DNA of 18,462 nt from an uncultured archaeon (GTDB lineage: Archaea > Altiarchaeota > Altiarchaeia > IMC4 > SCGC-AAA252-I15). Positions 15,864 to 18,462 of the stretch are shown here, piece after piece. Both the position numbers and the translations under genes were made by a program. The stretch lies in the NCBI GenBank assembly GCA_964587725.1, contig CAZPLO010000024.1, positions 1-18,462 of the forward strand, written 5' to 3'. Numbering within the stretch: the stretch's first letter is position 1; the number at the start of each line of letters is the position of its first letter. Below the pieces are notes generated by a model, which was given only the letters and a program-made list of their open reading frames with translations, was not told the DNA's origin and made no database searches.

Positions 15864-17780
15864 ATGCCTAGGAGCGTGACATCGGACGGAAGGCGCAGAG
15901 AAGAGCAGGAGATACCACAGGAGGAGCTTCCGGAAACTAAACCACCCTCTTTTTTCCAGAGGCACAAGAAACTGGTGGTGGGTGCGACAATCGGCCTGGC
16001 CTTGACAGTGACGGAGGCGACGATAGGGTTGCCGATAGGGAAGGTTTGGAGGGCCATAAGGAACCCTGCAGGCTATGCCGTCGGCGAAAGCACCAGACGG
16101 GCGGGGGATGCAATAAAAAATCGTATGGAAGCCGGCGCCGCAGGGGACCGGGTGGAGGACGAGGAAATCTCCAGGAAGGAGTTTTCCAGCATCCACACGG
16201 TAGCTCAGTCGCAGCTGTCCAGGGCGTTGAGGTCGGGGAAACTGTCCGACTACGACAAAGCCGCTGAGGCGTACGAGCAGGTCCTCGGCAACGACGAAGC
16301 CACCCCCCAGCAGAAGGCGTTGGCACATTATCACCGGGCTCAGGTTAACCTGCAGTCCGCCCAACTTTGCAGCCGGAACTCGCCGCCTGACTGGTGGTCC
16401 ACCGTATCTCAGGAGGATAGGTTCTATACCGAGGAAGCGCAGCGGAGGTACGGGCTTGCCAGGGAAGGGTTTAAGGCGGCTTTGGAGGCCGACCCGAACC
16501 ACCCCCACAAGATTAGTCTGCTGATGGGTTGGGGGGCGGCGTCGATGGGCTTGGGTGACCGAAGCGACGCGTTGGAGGTGTTTTCACGTGTCAGGGACTC
16601 CCCTGAAGCCTCGGATGCGGAGAAAATGGATGCGGTTCAGAAGCTCGGAGAGGCTCGTGGGATGCCAGAGAAACCGATTGAGTGGAATTACATTCAAACA
16701 GGAGGCTACTTAAAAAGAGAAAGAAAACCTCAGACTCTCCCCCAGACGGAGGAGGCTGCCGCCCGCGAGACCTTCAGGGAGACGTCGGAGTATGTGGACA
16801 GGATGCTGTTCGCCGCCGAAAAAGCCGGGGACCTGAGCACATACGACACAGCCATCGATGAACTTAAGAGCATGGGGGGGGACGATAAATTGTCCGCGGA
16901 CCAGAGGGCCCTCGCCCTCTACCGTGCGGCCAAGGCCACCGTGGATTCTGTCAAAGCTGCTCCAGAGGGTAAGAGGGAGGAACGGCTTAGAGCCGCACTG
17001 GAAATATGCGAGATGCTGGACTCGGAAGCCTACAAGGACACAGACTGGGTCCAGGACGCTAACCTGCTCGCCGCGCAAGCACACATTAGCCTGGGCGAAG
17101 ACGAGAATGCGGAGAATAAACTTAGGGGCGTCATAAAATCGCCGAACGCCGAGAAAGAAGAGGTGTCTAAGGCCGCTGAAATGCTGAAGCAGCTGAACAA
17201 ACCAGTTCCTGAACCGTCTGCCCATGAGGAGCCGCCCTCCTCCAGGGAGTCTGCGGCCCCGGAGCATGTGGGGGAGCCGGAGCTGGAGAGCCTCGGCAGG
17301 TCCTCTCACCTGCTGGAGTTGAAGATAAAAAACGGCGGTACAATCATCATACTTTCCGAAGACGTTGAAGTGGATCCAGCCACGGGCGAGGCCAAGGTGA
17401 AGGAGGGCGTGGGTACTGTGAAGGCGGTAATCCCCCACACAGAGAAAGGCAATTACGTGCAGAAGAAGCCGTTCACGCCGTCCCCTGAACGGGTGGTGTT
17501 AGGCTCCGAGATATCATTCGACTCCGACAGGATTGAGTCGTTGACCGTCTTCGGAGAGAAGGAGGCGGAGCTTCTGCGTGAGAAAGAAATCAGCCCCCGT
17601 GAACGCGCCGAACGGAACTGGAGGAGGCAGATTCAGAGGCTTGACCGCATCGAAGACCTGAAGGAGAAGCAGTTGGAGGTTCAACGGTTGGAGAACCAGC
17701 AGAGGGAGTTAATGCGCCTGGACAGAGAGCACGCTATGGAGCATTTCAGGCGGATGCGTGAACTCCGCAGATACAGGTAA
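15864..17780 (+). CDS. Hypothetical protein with N-terminal hydrophobic anchor, duplicated TPR-like module and C-terminal coiled coil (638 aa)
   Basis: Hydrophobic LVVGATIGLALTVTEATIGLPIG after RHKK. TPR-like YDKAAEAYEQVL, ALAHYHRAQV, FKAALEADPNHP, LGDRSDALEVF. E/R/Q-rich C-terminus. Starts 4 bp after the upstream stop. Confidence 0.82.
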   Translation: MPRSVTSDGRRREEQEIPQEELPETKPPSFFQRHKKLVVGATIGLALTVTEATIGLPIGKVWRAIRNPAGYAVGESTRRAGDAIKNRMEAGAAGDRVEDEEISRKEFSSIHTVAQSQLSRALRSGKLSDYDKAAEAYEQVLGNDEATPQQKALAHYHRAQVNLQSAQLCSRNSPPDWWSTVSQEDRFYTEEAQRRYGLAREGFKAALEADPNHPHKISLLMGWGAASMGLGDRSDALEVFSRVRDSPEASDAEKMDAVQKLGEARGMPEKPIEWNYIQTGGYLKRERKPQTLPQTEEAAARETFRETSEYVDRMLFAAEKAGDLSTYDTAIDELKSMGGDDKLSADQRALALYRAAKATVDSVKAAPEGKREERLRAALEICEMLDSEAYKDTDWVQDANLLAAQAHISLGEDENAENKLRGVIKSPNAEKEEVSKAAEMLKQLNKPVPEPSAHEEPPSSRESAAPEHVGEPELESLGRSSHLLELKIKNGGTIIILSEDVEVDPATGEAKVKEGVGTVKAVIPHTEKGNYVQKKPFTPSPERVVLGSEISFDSDRIESLTVFGEKEAELLREKEISPRERAERNWRRQIQRLDRIEDLKEKQLEVQRLENQQRELMRLDREHAMEHFRRMRELRRYR

Positions 17781-17789
17781 TCTGCGGTC

Positions 17790-18209
17790 TCAGGGGGTTA
17801 GGAACTTCCGGTTCACATCCATAATCAGTGAGTCGCAGTCCTGCTTGATCTTCTCCAACGTCGCCACAATACGTTCCCTTTCTTGTTCGACGTCGTCTAT
17901 CATCTCGTAGGGTTCGATGGCTGTTTTGAAGTCGTCTATCTCCACCATAGTGTATTCGCTCTGGTTCATCTTTTTGCTGATTTTCCTGCACAGGCTCTCC
18001 AGCCACTGGTTCATCCCCTCCTTCACCCTGCGCCGTATCATCTTGTCGTCGTCCATCTCCGCCTTAATCAGCCTCACTATAGGCGCCATGGGGAACGCGA
18101 AACCCGCGTCATCCTCTTCCGTGAACTCCTCCTCTTCCTCTGCGACGTCGGCCTTCTCCTCAACAACCTCTTCCTCAACAGCCTCTTCTTCCTTCTTCTT
18201 CTTTGCCAT
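17790..18209 (-). CDS. Histone-fold protein with acidic N-terminal tail and C-terminal coiled coil (coiled-coil histone type)
   Basis: Histone-fold pattern FPMAPIVRLIK-(L1)-KMIRRRVKEGMNQWLESLCRKISKKM-(L2) YTMVEIDDFKTAI, followed by an amphipathic helix EQERERIVATLEKIKQDCDSLIMDV. Confidence 0.8.
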   Translation of the reverse strand: MAKKKKEEEAVEEEVVEEKADVAEEEEEFTEEDDAGFAFPMAPIVRLIKAEMDDDKMIRRRVKEGMNQWLESLCRKISKKMNQSEYTMVEIDDFKTAIEPYEMIDDVEQERERIVATLEKIKQDCDSLIMDVNRKFLTP

Positions 18210-18323
18210 TTTACGAAACCTGAAATATCATTAAGCCTGGGAAAACCAGAGTAGCAGCTTAGAAGGCCAACACACCCTGAAAACAGGCCTAAATATATTG
18301 TCAAAACACCAATAAAAACCACA

Positions 18324-18343
18324 TGAAAACCGGGATTAATATA
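18324..18343 (+). promoter_or_regulatory. TATA-box promoter of the tRNA gene
   Basis: TGAAAACCGGGA-TTAATATA. The TATA ends 29 nt before the mature tRNA 5' end at 18372. Confidence 0.6.
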
Positions 18344-18371
18344 GAATAAACACCCTGTACTTACACTAACT

Positions 18372-18462
18372 GCTGGGGTCGCCAAGCCCGGTTAGGCGGT
18401 CGGCTGCAGCGGCACGTGCTGTGCCACAGCGACCGACAAACGGGAGTTCAAATCTCCCCCCC
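18372..18462 (+). tRNA. trnC: tRNA-Cys(GCA) with intron at 37/38 (last few nt beyond window)
   Basis: Acceptor 5' GCTGGGG with 3' CCCC[AGC expected]. D arm GCC-AAGCCCGGTTA-GGC. Anticodon stem GTCGG/CCGAC with loop CT-GCA-G|A (anticodon 18406-18408). T arm GGGAG-TTCAAAT-CTCCC. Confidence 0.92.
18410..18431 (+). other. 22-nt tRNA intron with BHB-like splice motif
   Basis: CGGCACGTGCTGTGCCACAGCG. Internal hairpin GGCAC/GTGCC. The 3-nt bulges AG|C and CG|A flank the central helix CTGC/ACAG. Confidence 0.85.

Noticed and set aside
18077-18385. 102-aa minus-strand ORF over the histone/tRNA intergenic region
   Set aside because: It overlaps the tRNA 5' end, the promoter region and the histone gene out of frame, and has no protein-like features.
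11171-18462. Integrated mobile element or island anchored at the tRNA
   Set aside because: No integrase or transposase and no duplicated tRNA fragment were seen. The orphan genes lie on the 5' side of the tRNA, and their composition looks like that of the housekeeping genes.

Overview
An archaeal chromosome segment with GC-rich coding regions and AT-rich TATA-containing intergenic gaps. The archaeal assignment rests on aIF2-alpha, aIF2-beta, Nop10, a PAC2-family protein, G1P dehydrogenase with GGGP synthase, a histone-fold protein and an intron-containing tRNA. A finer placement (e.g. Altiarchaeota-like) is only a guess. The middle (2.85-11.0 kb) is housekeeping: M50/CBS protease, ilvH, eif2a-nop10-PAC2, iron-sulfur flavoprotein, dapB, purE, hisH, GGGPS, egsA, DUF424 and eif2b. 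The ORF track misses two real genes. One is nop10 (5293-5451). The other is a >=937-aa minus-strand ORF (2813 to beyond the left edge) encoding a secreted, Cys-rich protein with an N-terminal M23/LytM peptidase-like domain whose HxH motif is degenerate; it sits next to a SpoIVFB-like M50-CBS protease. The right part has a ~1562-aa orphan with a Gly/Ala-rich hydrophobic hairpin, tightly followed by a membrane-anchored protein with two TPR-like modules, then a coiled-coil histone variant with an acidic N-terminal tail, and tRNA-Cys(GCA) with a 22-nt intron. A triple AGTTTAAACT palindrome fills the gap between the convergent purE and hisH genes.
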